A stretch of 64,000 nt of DNA from Candidatus Poribacteria bacterium (lineage in GTDB: Bacteria > Poribacteria > WGA-4E > JAJDTR01). The stretch lies in the NCBI GenBank assembly GCA_965222225.1, contig CBDCTK010000002.1:1952001-2016000 (forward strand), in the 5' to 3' direction. Shown here piece by piece: positions 21,398 through 33,350 of this stretch (position 1 is the stretch's first letter; each line of letters begins with the position of its first letter). The notes beneath the pieces were generated by a model, which saw only the letters and a list, made by a program, of their open reading frames with translations, searched no databases and was not told the origin of the DNA. The position numbers and the translations under genes are program-made.

Positions 21398-21880
21398 CGC
21401 GACCTGGAGGGAGATCTCTATGGGAGCTCTACGGGATTTCTATCGCGCTCCTTATCCAGTCGCTTGATCTATTCGCTCCCTTGATCGTTGAGCCCAACCT
21501 ACGAATATGACTGGGCAAAGCCGCATGTTTGCACCGTGCAGGGCAACGGGAATGAGATCCCTGACCTATTCCGTGCACCGGGGGCACGAAACCCGTCATC
21601 GGGAGCGGTATGATTGGGTTTTCTACTGGCATGGATGTTGCGCTGTGGCGAAGTATACACGACCATCCATTGGGCTCACGCAGGTTGCCCCGATTCCTAG
21701 GAAAAGATAGAGGGTGAGGTAATACGCTATCGCCCGGGATTCGCTATGGGAACGCTATCGCCTTCGTTAATCACTCAGTTGATCACTCGCTAATCGCTCG
21801 CTTGATTCTAATCAGTCGGTTGATCGATAGAGATCCCAAGGCGATAGTTTGTCCTACTCGTTATCCAGTCGCTTGATTTC
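21398..21880. repeat. Clusters of full and partial hairpin elements with REP remnants
   Basis: Full copies at 21440 and 21755, with fragments in both orientations. Confidence 0.85.
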
Positions 21881-22324
21881 CTCTGGAGCGCGGAGGAGAA
21901 GCGTAAGCAGATGGAGGGATTCCTATCGAGGTCCTTCCCTTGATTCCACCTTACGACGTCGGAGTGCACATGAAGAGTAACCGTGCCTGCAATGCGCAAA
22001 CTGACAGTTTGCGCTACAAAAACGGCGGTGGATGTCTAGAATCCTGTGAGTCGTAGGCGGTAAGAGAAGGGATTGGTGATTCGACGAATGCCGGTTGTTC
22101 GCTGCACAACGGATATTTTTCGTGGAAGCAATGAGGTCACGACCTGGAGGGGGAGCTCTATAGGAACTCTATCGCACTCACTATTCACTCGTTTGATCGT
22201 TCCTTTGATCCCACCCTACATAATGCTTGCGATGCGCAAACTAACAGTTTGCGGTACAGAAAAAGGTGGTGGATGTCTAGAATCTTGTAATTAGCAACTT
22301 GGGTTATCTATTACCAAGGAGGAA

Positions 22325-23176
22325 ATGATGTTATTCAAAGCTAGACGATTCGTGACCGCAGCGCTTGTCCTCTCCCTGTTTATACAGATGCAAATTGCGG
22401 CAAACGGTTACGCCTCTCGCGGAACCAAGATTGCCTTCACATGCGTGGGAGTCGACGGGAATCGCGATATTTGCGTTATGGATGGTGACGGAGGCAATGA
22501 GGTAAGACTAACGGAAGACCCAGCACGGGACGAGGGTCCGTCGTGGTCCCCCGACGGCACAAGGATTGCGTTCACTCGATTCAAAGCGTTGAAAAATCAG
22601 ATTTGGGTAATAGACGCCGACGGGGGTAACGAGGTCCAGTTAACTCAATGGGGAAAGAACTATAATCCAGCGTGGTCGCCTGACGGCAATCGAATTGCCT
22701 TCGTAGGCACCGATAGGCAAGGGGGGGCTGAAATCTACGCAATGGATACTGACGGCAGCAATCAAGTAAGGCTTACCCACGATTTGGAGGAAAAAGATAA
22801 TCCATCGTGGTCTCCCGACGGTCAACAGATTGCGTATGAAGCGAGTCGCCAAGGTGCGGTTTTTCAAATCTATGTGGTGGAAGCCGATGGCAGCGGTCGG
22901 AAAAAAAGACTAACACACGACGCACCACACAAAACGCGTCCTGCTTGGTCCCCTGATGGCGACACAATCGCATACGCTTTACGGGTTCCCGCCGTTCGTA
23001 CGACGATTCACTTGATGACTGCTAACGGAGATTACCTAAAACAACTCAGTGGGGAGCACGGTGGCGATGATACCGGTCCCGATTGGTTTGATCCGGTAGC
23101 ATGGTCTGTGTCTCCAGCAACGAACTTTGTCACTATCTGGGGCAAGATTAAAGTGCCAGCCTCGGTTCGCAGATGA
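22325..23176 (+). CDS. TolB-like PD40 protein 3 (one repeat shorter)
   Basis: Same architecture. Confidence 0.88.
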   Translation: MMLFKARRFVTAALVLSLFIQMQIAANGYASRGTKIAFTCVGVDGNRDICVMDGDGGNEVRLTEDPARDEGPSWSPDGTRIAFTRFKALKNQIWVIDADGGNEVQLTQWGKNYNPAWSPDGNRIAFVGTDRQGGAEIYAMDTDGSNQVRLTHDLEEKDNPSWSPDGQQIAYEASRQGAVFQIYVVEADGSGRKKRLTHDAPHKTRPAWSPDGDTIAYALRVPAVRTTIHLMTANGDYLKQLSGEHGGDDTGPDWFDPVAWSVSPATNFVTIWGKIKVPASVRR

Positions 23177-23224
23177 TACGCACCGCGTGCTTGAAACTTC
23201 AGCTCATTAACCAAAAAGGAGGAA

Positions 23225-24205
23225 ATGATGTCATTCAAAGCTAGACGCTTGTCTGCAGCAGCGCTTGTCGTCTCCCTGTTTATCCAGATGCAATTTGTGG
23301 CAAACGGTTACGCCTCTCGCAGAACCAAGATCGCCTTCACCTCTTGGCGTGAAGGGAATGGGGACATTTATGTCATGGATGGTGACGGGAGTAACCAGAG
23401 AAGAGTAACGGTGAATCCGGCAAGGGACGAATATCCGGCATGGTCTCCCGACGGCAAAAAGATTGCCTTTGTTTCCAATAGAAACAACGTAAACAAAGAT
23501 CACAAGCAAATCTGGGTGATCGACGCCGACGGGAAGAACCCGATTAGACTGACGGACGGGTTGGTGGACTCTTATCCGGATTGGTCGCCAGACGGCACGA
23601 AAATTGTGTACGACGCCCATCTTCATCCAGAGGAACATCATGTAGCCCCCGCCGGGATTACTGTAATGGATGCGGATGGGAACAACAAGAGACTACTTAC
23701 GCGTGAAGGCGCACATCCGACCTGGTCGCCCGATAGCAAAAGGATAGCATTTATCTCCGCAGTTGATGTCATCAGTCATGTCTTCGTGATGGATGCCGAC
23801 GGACGAAATCGGATGCAGTTAACGCATGACTTTGTGCGAAAACGTTTGCCATCATGGTCACACGACGGGAGGCGCATCGCATATGTGGGCGATAACGTGA
23901 TTTGGGTGGTGGATAGCGACGGAGAGAATCCGAGGCAACTCACGTGGCATGTTACGGAAGAACACCCTACATGGTCACCGGACAGTGGATCCCTCGCGTT
24001 TACCTCGCGTGGAAGGGATCCTGGAATTGTTGGGATTTACACGGTGGATGTAACTAACGGCGCTGTCGACGCTTTGCCACGTGATCCCGACGTCCTGAAT
24101 TACGATCCGGATTGGCTATATCCCGGAGGACTCTCCGTTTCGCCGGAGGGCAGCCGGATTACAATTTGGGGCAGGCTGAAGAATACTGTGCTCAGCCTCC
24201 GGTGA
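23225..24205 (+). CDS. TolB-like PD40 protein 4
   Basis: Same architecture; C-terminal VSPEGSRITIWGRLK. Confidence 0.88.
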   Translation: MMSFKARRLSAAALVVSLFIQMQFVANGYASRRTKIAFTSWREGNGDIYVMDGDGSNQRRVTVNPARDEYPAWSPDGKKIAFVSNRNNVNKDHKQIWVIDADGKNPIRLTDGLVDSYPDWSPDGTKIVYDAHLHPEEHHVAPAGITVMDADGNNKRLLTREGAHPTWSPDSKRIAFISAVDVISHVFVMDADGRNRMQLTHDFVRKRLPSWSHDGRRIAYVGDNVIWVVDSDGENPRQLTWHVTEEHPTWSPDSGSLAFTSRGRDPGIVGIYTVDVTNGAVDALPRDPDVLNYDPDWLYPGGLSVSPEGSRITIWGRLKNTVLSLR

Positions 24206-24850
24206 GGAGTGCGCTTGGTGGACGGTAAGAGGAGGGATAGGGGATTCGTCGGTTGCCGGTTGATCGCTGCATAACGGACATGTTTCGTGCAAATAACGAG
24301 GTCGCGACCTGGGGGGATCTCTATCGCACTCATTATCCATTCGTTTGATCGCTCCTACAAGTGATGGCGGACGGGGGAGTTCTATCGATCAACGAAGGCG
24401 ATAGGAATTCTTACTCACTGTTTATTCTTTTGAGCCCACCCTACGATTGAACAGAAATATTTGGTCAATCTTGAACTTTGGAGTGTATCTGAAATGAATC
24501 CGTGCTTGCGATGCGCAAACTAACAGATCAAGCGAGCGAATAGCGAGTAGGACAAACTATCGCCCTCCCTATCCAGTCGGTTGATCGTTTCTTTCCCGGT
24601 CAGTGGCAGGGGTTCCGTTGGGTTTCACTATGCTTCACAAGGATTGAGCGCCATAGAGCGTCAGAACTTGGGTGGAACGCCGCGCGTTCCATTGGTTGGT
24701 GCCGTTCAACCCAACCAACGAACTTCGGAGTGCACATGAAGAGTAACCGTGCCTGCAATGCGCAAACTAACAGTTTGCGGTACAAAAATCGGTGGCGGAT
24801 GTCTAGAATCTTGTAATTAGCAACTTGGGTTATCTATTACTGAGGAGGAA

Positions 24851-25700
24851 ATGATGTTATTTAAAGCTAGACGATTCTTGATTGCAGCGCTTGTCGTCTC
24901 CCTGCTGATCCAGATGCAGCTTGCGGAAAACGGTTACGCCTCTCGCAGAACCAAGATTGCCTTCGCCTCTAGCAGGGACGGGAATTATGAAATTTATGTC
25001 ATGGACGGCGACGGGAGAAACCAGAGAAGATTAACGGTGCATCCAACGATTGATCAGTATCCGACATGGTCGCCAGACGGGAAAAAGATTGCATTTGTTT
25101 CCAATCGAAACGGAGGTTATATTCAAATCTGGGTGATTGACGCCGATGGGGGAGAACCCGGTTAGACTGACGGATGGTGTGTGGGACCGAAATCCGGACT
25201 GGTCTCCCGACGGGACGAAGATCGCGTACGACTTCCTTCTCAATCCGTGGGACAATGATAGATGGAACCGTACCATCTACGTGATGGACTCGGATGGAAA
25301 AAACAATCGGCAACTGATTAAGAAACCGGGGTGGGACACAAGTCCGTCCTAGTCGCCCGACGGGAGCCGCATCGCGTATTACACCAACGATCATATTGGC
25401 GTGATGGATAGCAACGGAGAGAATCCAAGACGACTCACGAAGAATGGATGGCATGAGCATCCGACATGGTCGCCGGACGGCGGCAGCATTGCATTTCATT
25501 CTTGGGACGAGGACGGACTTGAGTTTACGATTGTCACAGTAGGCGCGGAGGGTGGCGCCGTCAACCCAATCGGCCAGGTTCAGCGCCAACATGATTTTGA
25601 ACCGGATTGGCTTTATCCCGGAGAGCTCTCGGTTTCGCCGGAGGGCAACCGCATCACAATTTGGGGCAGGCTCAAGAGAGTTGCGTCCAGCCTTCGGTGA
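24851..25700 (+). pseudogene. TolB-like PD40 protein 5 (frameshift and nonsense codon)
   Basis: Extra G near 25150; TGG>TAG at 25350-25352 in the PSWSPD motif. Confidence 0.85.
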
Positions 25701-26500
25701 GGTGTACGCAGTTGGTGGGCGGTTAGAGACGCATTTAGTGGTTCGATGGTTGCCAGTTTCACGGGACGTGAAAGATATGCTCTGTGGATTTAAAGCTAAG
25801 TGGTTTAATCTCTGAAGATAGAGGGCCCGAGGTTTGCGTATCCTAGTCTACTGACAGAGAGACGCGCACAGACGGCAACCGCACATGGCACTCCGCTGGA
25901 TCGCAAGACGGTCATAGAGCCACGTTCTATCAACATGACGCTCCGCTGGAGCGTGACTGTCGTATTCCTATGGCTAGCTGTTGGTCGGGACTTTCTCTCC
26001 AAGGGAGAACGAGTGAGAAATTAATGATGGACAATCAATTCCAACATACATGAAATACTTTGCGCAAAAACCCTTTAGTGGTTTACTCGATAAGCGTTTA
26101 ATGCGAATATGGAGGTCGCGATTCGTAGAGGGATATACTATCGCCCGCCTTAATCAGTCGGTTGATCGCTCCGACAGCGAGAGGTCGGATGATTGCACCG
26201 GACAGAGAGTTGGGCGGGGCAAGGGGATCTCTATCGATCAACTGACCGAATAGGGAAGGCGATAGATTATCTTTTAACCGTCTGGTCTTTCTGGTTGACC
26301 ATTGAAAAAGTCTCGAGCGGTTTCTGGTGCGATATAGCCTGTCACTCGTCGCTCTTTCAAAGGCTGGTGCGCAGTGCACACCCTACAGACTTTAGTGTTG
26401 TACAGAGTCGAGCTATCGCACTCACTTCCATTCGCTTGATCCCGTACAGGGGATGGGTGCATGTGAATGTGATGACAGGTTTGGGAGAGGAAACTTCCAT

Positions 26501-29097
26501 ATGAAGACAACCTTTTCGTCACTCATTCTTCTCCCGTTGTTTCGCTCAGCACCATTGCTCAAGATACTTTCCAATGGGGGTTGCCCGAGGGCGCCAAAGC
26601 GCGACTTGGAAAGGGCAGAATTTTTGATCTTAAGTATTCCCCGGACGGCACACGACTGGCGGTGGCAGGCGGCATCGGCGTTTGGCTGTATGATTTGACG
26701 ACCGGTGACCCCGTCGACCTGATGCGGCGCGGGAATTTATTTTTTGCTACCGGACTCGCGTTCAGCTCGGATGGCCGGACGCTTGCCATCCGTAGTGGTA
26801 CTGTTCTCAGCCTTTGGGACGCGGTGACGGGGGAACTAAGACACACGCTACCTACAGACTTAAGATCGCTGCATAATCTTGCCTTTAGCCCGGATGGTCG
26901 GACGTTTGCAGTCAGCGATGGTGCGATAGTCTATGTTAGCGACGCGCAGACGGGTGAGAAGAAACACACCTTGACCGGGGAGCGTGTCGGTGACGTCTGG
27001 AGCCTCGCCTTCAGCCCGGACGGTCGGACACTTGCCAGCGGGCACGAGTCGGCTAGTGCGGGCAATAGTTCGAGCGGTAGCATTCGTCAGTGGGATGCGG
27101 CGACGGGCGAACTCAAAGACATACTGTATTTGGGCCACAGTGACCCCGTGAGTCTCGCTTACAGTCCCGACGGTCGGACACTTGCTGTTGGGAATTCGCA
27201 TTGGTCGTATGCTTATGGCACATCCGGTTGGGCTACGCTAATAGATGCGGCGACGGGCGAACTCAAGCACGAACTGACAGGGCATACCGGTGCTGTCGTT
27301 AGCCTATCGTACAGCGCGGACGGACGCATCCTTGCGAGTGGGAGCCGGATCGATGAGAACGGCAGCCGCAGGGGAGGCGCTACAGTAAAGCTTTGGGACG
27401 CGGAAACGGGGGCGCACCTACGCTCGCTGGAAGCCTATGTATGGGAAGGGCGCAGCCTTGCACTCAGCCCAGACGGCGGCACGCTAGCCGTTGCGAGTAG
27501 GGACGGTAGACTCTCCTTGTGGGATACGGCGACGGGAACACAGAAGCGAAAGGTGGAAGGACATTCGGGCCCAATCTCCAGTGTCGCGTTCAGCCCCTAC
27601 GGCCGCACAGTTGCCGCTGGGAATCGGGTCGGTATTAGGAATAGCGGTTCGGGTTGGGCAGGTACGGTGCGTCTTTGGGATGCGGCGACGGGGACGCAGA
27701 AAAAAACGTTGGAAGGGCATAGAGACGGCATTACAAGCGTAGCGTTCAGCCCGGATGGACGCACGCTTGGCAGCGGGAGCTGGGACAAAACGGTGCGTCT
27801 TTGGAATGCGGCGACAGGTGAGAACATTCGCACGCTGGAAGGGCATGCGAGTGGAGTCACTAGCGTAGTGTTCAGCCCGGATGGCAACACGATTGCGAGT
27901 GCGGGCGGGGCGGATGACGGGACCGTGCGCCTGTGGGATGCGGGGACGGGGGTGCACAGGCTGACACTGAATGGGAGCAATGGAAAAATTGTCAACGTGG
28001 CGTTCAGTCCTGACGGCAACACGCTTGCCAGCGCTATCGGTGGAGAAATCCATCTGTGGCATGCGGAGATAGGGGTGCTCAATCGTACACTAACCGTGTC
28101 GGCGGAAAACAGCTCTCTCAATAGCGTGGCGTTCAGTCTGGATGGCGGCATGCTTGCCGCAGGGGGTCGGGACGCAATTCATTTTTGGGATGCGGCGACG
28201 GGTGTACAAATGCCCTCACTCGATGTAGATGGAGGTGGGGATACTATCGTAACGTACAGTCCGGACGGTTACACGTTCGCGAGCGGGAGTACCGACAACA
28301 CGGTACGTCTGTGGGATGCGGCGACGGGGGCGCACCTACGCACGCTGGAAGGGCATACAGGTGATATTTATAGCGTCGCGTTCAGTCCGGATGGGCGTAC
28401 GCTTGCCAGCGGCAGCAGCGACGGCACAGTGCTGCTCTGGGAAATCATGCCGTCCCCCTACCCTCTGCAGGACGAGCGCCCGCCAATTAAACCTGATGTG
28501 AACGGGGACGGGGGCGTGGATGTACAGGACCTCGTATTGGTTGCAGCGCGTTTGGGCATATCCGCAGAGAACCGCACGGACGTGAACGGGGATGGGACTG
28601 TGAACGTCCTGGACCTGGTGCTAGTTGCGGGGATGGCGGATGATGCAGCGGGTGTGCTGCCCATGTTTTCCAACGGCGCGATGATGCTTCGGACGACCGA
28701 GGTTAAGGAGTGGCTGGACGATGCGCGTCGGTTAGCCCTGGCGGATGCGACGTTACGGAGAGGTATCGAGTATTTGGAGAATCTGTTGGAGGCGTTGACT
28801 CCGGAAAGGACGGCGCTGTTGCCGAACTTCCCGAATCCGTTCAATCCGGAGACGTGGATTCCGTATCAACTCGCGCGGGATTCGGTTGTCCGAATCTCAA
28901 TTTATAACGTGAAGGGTATCTTGGTGCGGCAATTGGATTTGGGGCTCCAGCCGGAGGGATACTATACCGACAAGCACTATGCGGCGTATTGGGACGGGCG
29001 CAACGATAGCGGAGAGTTACTTGCAAGCGGACTCTATATCTATGTATTCCGCGCGGGGAGCTACCGCGGCGCACGCCGCATGGCAATTGTCAGGTAG
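26501..29097 (+). CDS. WD40 repeats + dockerin-like + FlgD-Ig/CTD protein; signal peptide out of frame by one base near 26540
   Basis: ORF 26581..29097; DVNGDG.V.V.DLVLVA twice; LLPNFPNPFNPETWIPYQL; ATG 26501 with an RBS encodes the leader. Confidence 0.85.
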
Positions 29098-29407
29098 CGC
29101 CAAATACAAGGGACGAGAATCCGAGTTTTTGCACGCGATGGATGTCATCATCTTTGTAGGCGGTTTTTGGATTCTCCCAAGGCAGGTCACGACCTGTTGA
29201 GGTCTTGGGATCTGGCGGTTCATGTATCCGGACAAACACAAAGTGGGTTACCAAATATGTAACGAGACAGAACAGAACAAAAATGATAACGAATCGCCGG
29301 TCTTTTAAGAGCACCCAAGGTAAAAGAAGGGCCAGTAGAATCAACAGTAAAACAATGTATGGAAGCTCTAGTAGAAACATAGGTAGAAGGCAACGCCCGC
29401 AAATCAA
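29090..29407 (-). CDS. Hypothetical membrane protein (possibly a remnant)
   Basis: Two hydrophobic segments. Confidence 0.4.
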   Translation of the reverse strand: MICGRCLLPMFLLELPYIVLLLILLALLLPWVLLKDRRFVIIFVLFCLVTYLVTHFVFVRIHEPPDPKTSTGRDLPWENPKTAYKDDDIHRVQKLGFSSLVFGAT

Positions 29408-30105
29408 ACTGATCTGTGGGCGTTTTTGTTTTACTTCTGGCGATTCAGCGGGGCATTGCGCCGAAACACATAGCGGACGAGACGCGTTACGCCCTTACCG
29501 AACAGGTCATCCCACTCGCGCCTAGCGGCACAATATACAATTGCCGCAATGACCGCGATTCCAAGTCCCAAGCTCTCGAAATACATTGCCATCAACCCGG
29601 CATAGAATACAAAAGATTACTCCGCCGCTCGCCTGAACACGGGAAATATGGATTTCCCGCGTGTCCCCTTTTCACCGAGAACGCTTATGCCAAAGCAGGC
29701 TACCGCAATTGCTATAAGTAGGGTTGGTTTAGTCATCCTTCACACTCATTGTGTTAAGAATTGCTCCCATAGCGGGAACCCCTTTGAGATGGCACAGTGT
29801 GGGGGTTGGTCTCCGCTGATTCATCCCCGCCAAAGTTGTCATCACACATGACAAATTGCTCTGAATTAGTTCGTTTGAAAAAGCCTTGATGACGGCAATC
29901 ATCGGGACTTTTTCCATTTCCGCGTGATGTTGATGCCGCTTTGACTTGCACTATATTCGCCCACAATTCTAAGTGGTAAATTTTCTAAGAGTATATGCTA
30001 AGTGTTGGGGGCCGGTGCGGTTAGAAACCGCACCTACGGGAATTGTGGAATAGGTCTCTTGTGCCAGTCCAGGAAGACATAAATGCTTAGCGAGAAAACC
30101 GCCAA

Positions 30106-30600
30106 TTATGGACGCATCAAAGAGAGGAGACAGTCCGCTCTGTTATCCACTATGTTAACGGGATGATTAAGATTGCGACGCCGACGCCGAGAAGGACGTT
30201 GCCAACGGTGAGATAGAAAAGTCTGTGCTTGTGGGTCTTGTCTCCTAATCTCCGTAGAATTAGAAACCCGACGATTGCCAAGATGCTTGCGATTATAAAC
30301 TTTTGGTCGTTTGACCAAGTGTCAATGAAGAGATGGAGCAATACCATTATTGCCGCGACTATGAAGCCGCTAATAAATAAGGCGATGAATTCGTTGGGAG
30401 TCGTTTTTGAAATACGCGGTGTTAATGCAACCAATCGAAAAAGGCGCTGACCACGATGGCTACTCCCGGTCCCGTGTCAGCCGTTGCGATTACGGTTATG
30501 GTCCCAACGGCGAATGAAACCAGTGAAAGAAAAGGGTAATCCGGCGCTCTATCTGGGGAATTCATTGAGTCAGGGCGGAGTTTCATAGCCTAGTTTGACG
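30106..30600 (-). pseudogene. Degraded membrane-protein gene, copy A
   Basis: Near-copy of 32405-33010 (WSNDQKFI.ASILAIVGFLILRRL.DKTHKHR). Confidence 0.6.
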
Positions 30601-30810
30601 AACTTATCATGTTGTATCAGCCATGAACGATGCCAGTGCATTAGAAATGACGGACAAGCGTTATTACGTTGAAAACTATATTCAGGACGCAAAGCACACC
30701 ATACTCACACAACAGTATTATCAAGAATGTCCGCACACACGAAGATAGCCAAGTCCCTTTACTGTGGAGGGCTAATGCTAGGAGTAGAGCAAAGAAGCAC
30801 AACATGAAGT

Positions 30811-31053
30811 TCATTTGTAGCTTTGTGTGTCAGTTGGTCCAATAGAATATGTTGCCCGTAATTTCTCTTTCCTTTCCCATAAAGCATCAAATCGGGAAAA
30901 CCATGCCACGATTTTAGCGTGTAACTCTCGTTTCTCCTCCGAATTCAGTGAGAGAAAATCGGCTGGATCGGCAGGAATTATATACATCAACACACATCGT
31001 GACGCCAAGCCTTCGGCATCAAGCTCAACGCTTTTTTCCACATATGTCGGCAA
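30811..31053 (-). CDS. Hypothetical protein
   Basis: ORF only. Confidence 0.35.
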   Translation of the reverse strand: MPTYVEKSVELDAEGLASRCVLMYIIPADPADFLSLNSEEKRELHAKIVAWFSRFDALWERKEKLRATYSIGPTDTQSYK

Positions 31054-31319
31054 GTTTGTTTAAATGTCACTAAACTGCTTTTCATTTTCCCTAACCTACG
31101 CCACGATGTCGGCATAATTCATATGTAAAACGAAATGTATAATCAGATGCACGCCCGCGTTCGCGATGAAAAGCTTGCATTTTCGTAGCTAATCCTTGCC
31201 ATTATCATCAATGAGAGACACTGTTATCTTTCCTTTCCACGAGGTTGCGGATGACGCACTAATCCGACGAGGGTGCCGACCAAGACTAGCGTGTATTGGT
31301 CAACATGCCAAATGCTAAC

Positions 31320-31580
31320 TTACTCGAAATACACTCCTCTCTTATTCATTTCCTTGATAAAATCATCAATTCCTCGGTCGGTTAGGTCAGCCAAACCATA
31401 TTCGCGTAGTTCTTCCGTCAAGATCATCGTAAACGCCTCCAAATACTGTTGACGCTCCTCAAGGGATAGTCGCGATAAATATTTAGCGGTGCTTCTACGC
31501 CCCTCTTCAAAAAGCGGTGCGGCTAACCAATCAAGCACCGATTCATCCTGCCGGTGCTCTCCAGAGAGATTCGAATCCAT
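31320..31580 (-). CDS. Hypothetical protein
   Basis: ORF directly downstream of 31592..32200. Confidence 0.5.
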   Translation of the reverse strand: MDSNLSGEHRQDESVLDWLAAPLFEEGRRSTAKYLSRLSLEERQQYLEAFTMILTEELREYGLADLTDRGIDDFIKEMNKRGVYFE

Positions 31581-31591
31581 GCGATCACCCG

Positions 31592-32200
31592 CTAATCTCC
31601 TTGCTCGATCCAGGGTTGCTCAATAGCAGTCTGCGGCAGTTCACCGAAGACAAGCTGAGCGGGAGTGCCGACCTCGTAATGCCACGATAAGCCATGATTC
31701 CACAGATGGGTGGTGTCGGACGCGCGCACAATCCGGACGGTACATATCCAATCCTTATCTTTTTCGATTCGGCGGCTGCCGGAATTTGAAGAGAGATGCC
31801 GAGAATACGGAATTGCACGTGATTCGATAGTCCCGGATTCGCACAGAATGAGACGCTCTCTTTTGTACGCCTCCCAGCCGGTGCGCCCACGGGGAAAGTA
31901 AGCGGTCTCAACGAGATGCACGGCGCGAGGGGAGCGGAGTGGAGCATTCCAACGTAATCGGTAAAAATAAGGTGCGTAGCGAAAATCTTCATAAGATCGT
32001 TCGGCATAAGAACCCAAGCCGTACACCTCGTAGAACGCATCGGGACTCGTGCCGCCATGCAATTCGACAAGTTCCAGGGGTTCTTCAACGAGATTTACAA
32101 TCGGGGTTGAATTATCTACATGAGCACTCATGCCGTTGCATGAGAGAAGAAGCGCTAATAAAGCGAGTAATACTTTCACGGGGAATCTCCTAATGTACAA
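31592..32200 (-). CDS. Putative lipoprotein
   Basis: LLSC lipobox; C-terminal YEVGTPAQLVF resembles the 63186-63671 product. Confidence 0.6.
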   Translation of the reverse strand: MYIRRFPVKVLLALLALLLSCNGMSAHVDNSTPIVNLVEEPLELVELHGGTSPDAFYEVYGLGSYAERSYEDFRYAPYFYRLRWNAPLRSPRAVHLVETAYFPRGRTGWEAYKRERLILCESGTIESRAIPYSRHLSSNSGSRRIEKDKDWICTVRIVRASDTTHLWNHGLSWHYEVGTPAQLVFGELPQTAIEQPWIEQGD

Positions 32201-32404
32201 GAAGGGACTGAGCTTTCGGGTCTTTGTGCTCAGCCTCGTGCGGATTGGTCGTCGTTGAATCGGTTAATTTCGTTTCGAGCGTTGACTGCGATTGAAGTTG
32301 AAAGCCTCGGTGGTGGTGACCATCAAGGCTTTTTTCGTGTCCGCGTGTCGTCGATTCCGCGCTGACTTGCACGGTATTCGTTCACAACTCCACATGCAGG
32401 CGCA

Positions 32405-33010
32405 TCAATGAGAGGAGACAATCCGCTCTGTTGCCCACTTTATTAACGGGATGGTTAAGATTGCGACGCCGACGCCTAACAGAACGTTGCCAACGGTGAG
32501 ATAGAAAAATCTGTGCTTGTGGGTCTTGTCTCTTAATCTCCGTAGAATTAGAAACCCGACGATTGCTAAGATGCTTGCGACTATGAACTTTTGGTCGTTT
32601 GACCAAGAGTCAGTGAAGAGATGGAAGATTATCATTATTGCCGTGAACACGAAACAGCTAATTGCTACGGCGATGAGATCGTTGGGAGATATTTTTTCCA
32701 TACGCGGTGCTAATACAACCTGTCGAAAAAGGCGCTGACAAAGATGGCTGCGTTCGTTCCAGTGACAGCCGCTGCGATTGCGGCGTAATAAAAGAGATGT
32801 TTATAACGTTGGTAACTAATCGCCCCAAACCCTAGAATGCCGCGGAATGTGAGGGCATGTCCGATAATGTGGGAGGTATCAGTGTCGGTATTCGCCGTGG
32901 TGATTGGAGCAGATACGCCCACTATGTTCACAACGGCGATTATAACCCGTATACGTATAAGGAAATCTGGCGCTTTATCTGGGGAGTTCATTGAAGTCAG
33001 AGCGAACTTA
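32405..33010 (-). pseudogene. Degraded membrane-protein gene, copy B
   Basis: ORFs 32405..32701 and 32710..33045 appear to be halves of one gene. Confidence 0.6.
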
Positions 33011-33350
33011 CCATGTTGCGTCAACGATGAACGATGCCAGTGCATTAGAAATGACGGTCAAGCGTTGTTACGTTGAAAACTATATTCAGCACGCAAAGCA
33101 TACCATACTCACGCAACAGAATTATCAAGAATGTCCGCACACAAGAGAGACAATGTTTGTTTTCGTTTCAACGAGGTTGTGGATGACGCGGTTGTCGGAG
33201 AAAACCGGCTCTCAGCGATGCGGATAGTATAGCGCGCCTCGTGCGTTATGTAAAAACTTACCTTTCGGCGGTAATGGCGTGGAATCCGGGGATCGCTGCG
33301 TACGGCTGCAGGGCACAATCGGTCTCGGAGAATGGCGTTGACGGGTTAAA

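Noticed and set aside
19299-25700. A diversity-generating retroelement acting on the TolB or WD40 paralogues
   Set aside because: No reverse transcriptase is present, and I saw no TR/VR pair with adenine-specific differences
2190-26545. Programmed frameshifting or phase variation at 2193, 15400, 25150 and 26540
   Set aside because: These are single-base indels in short homopolymers without slippery-site structure. Sequencing error or ordinary decay cannot be excluded without reads
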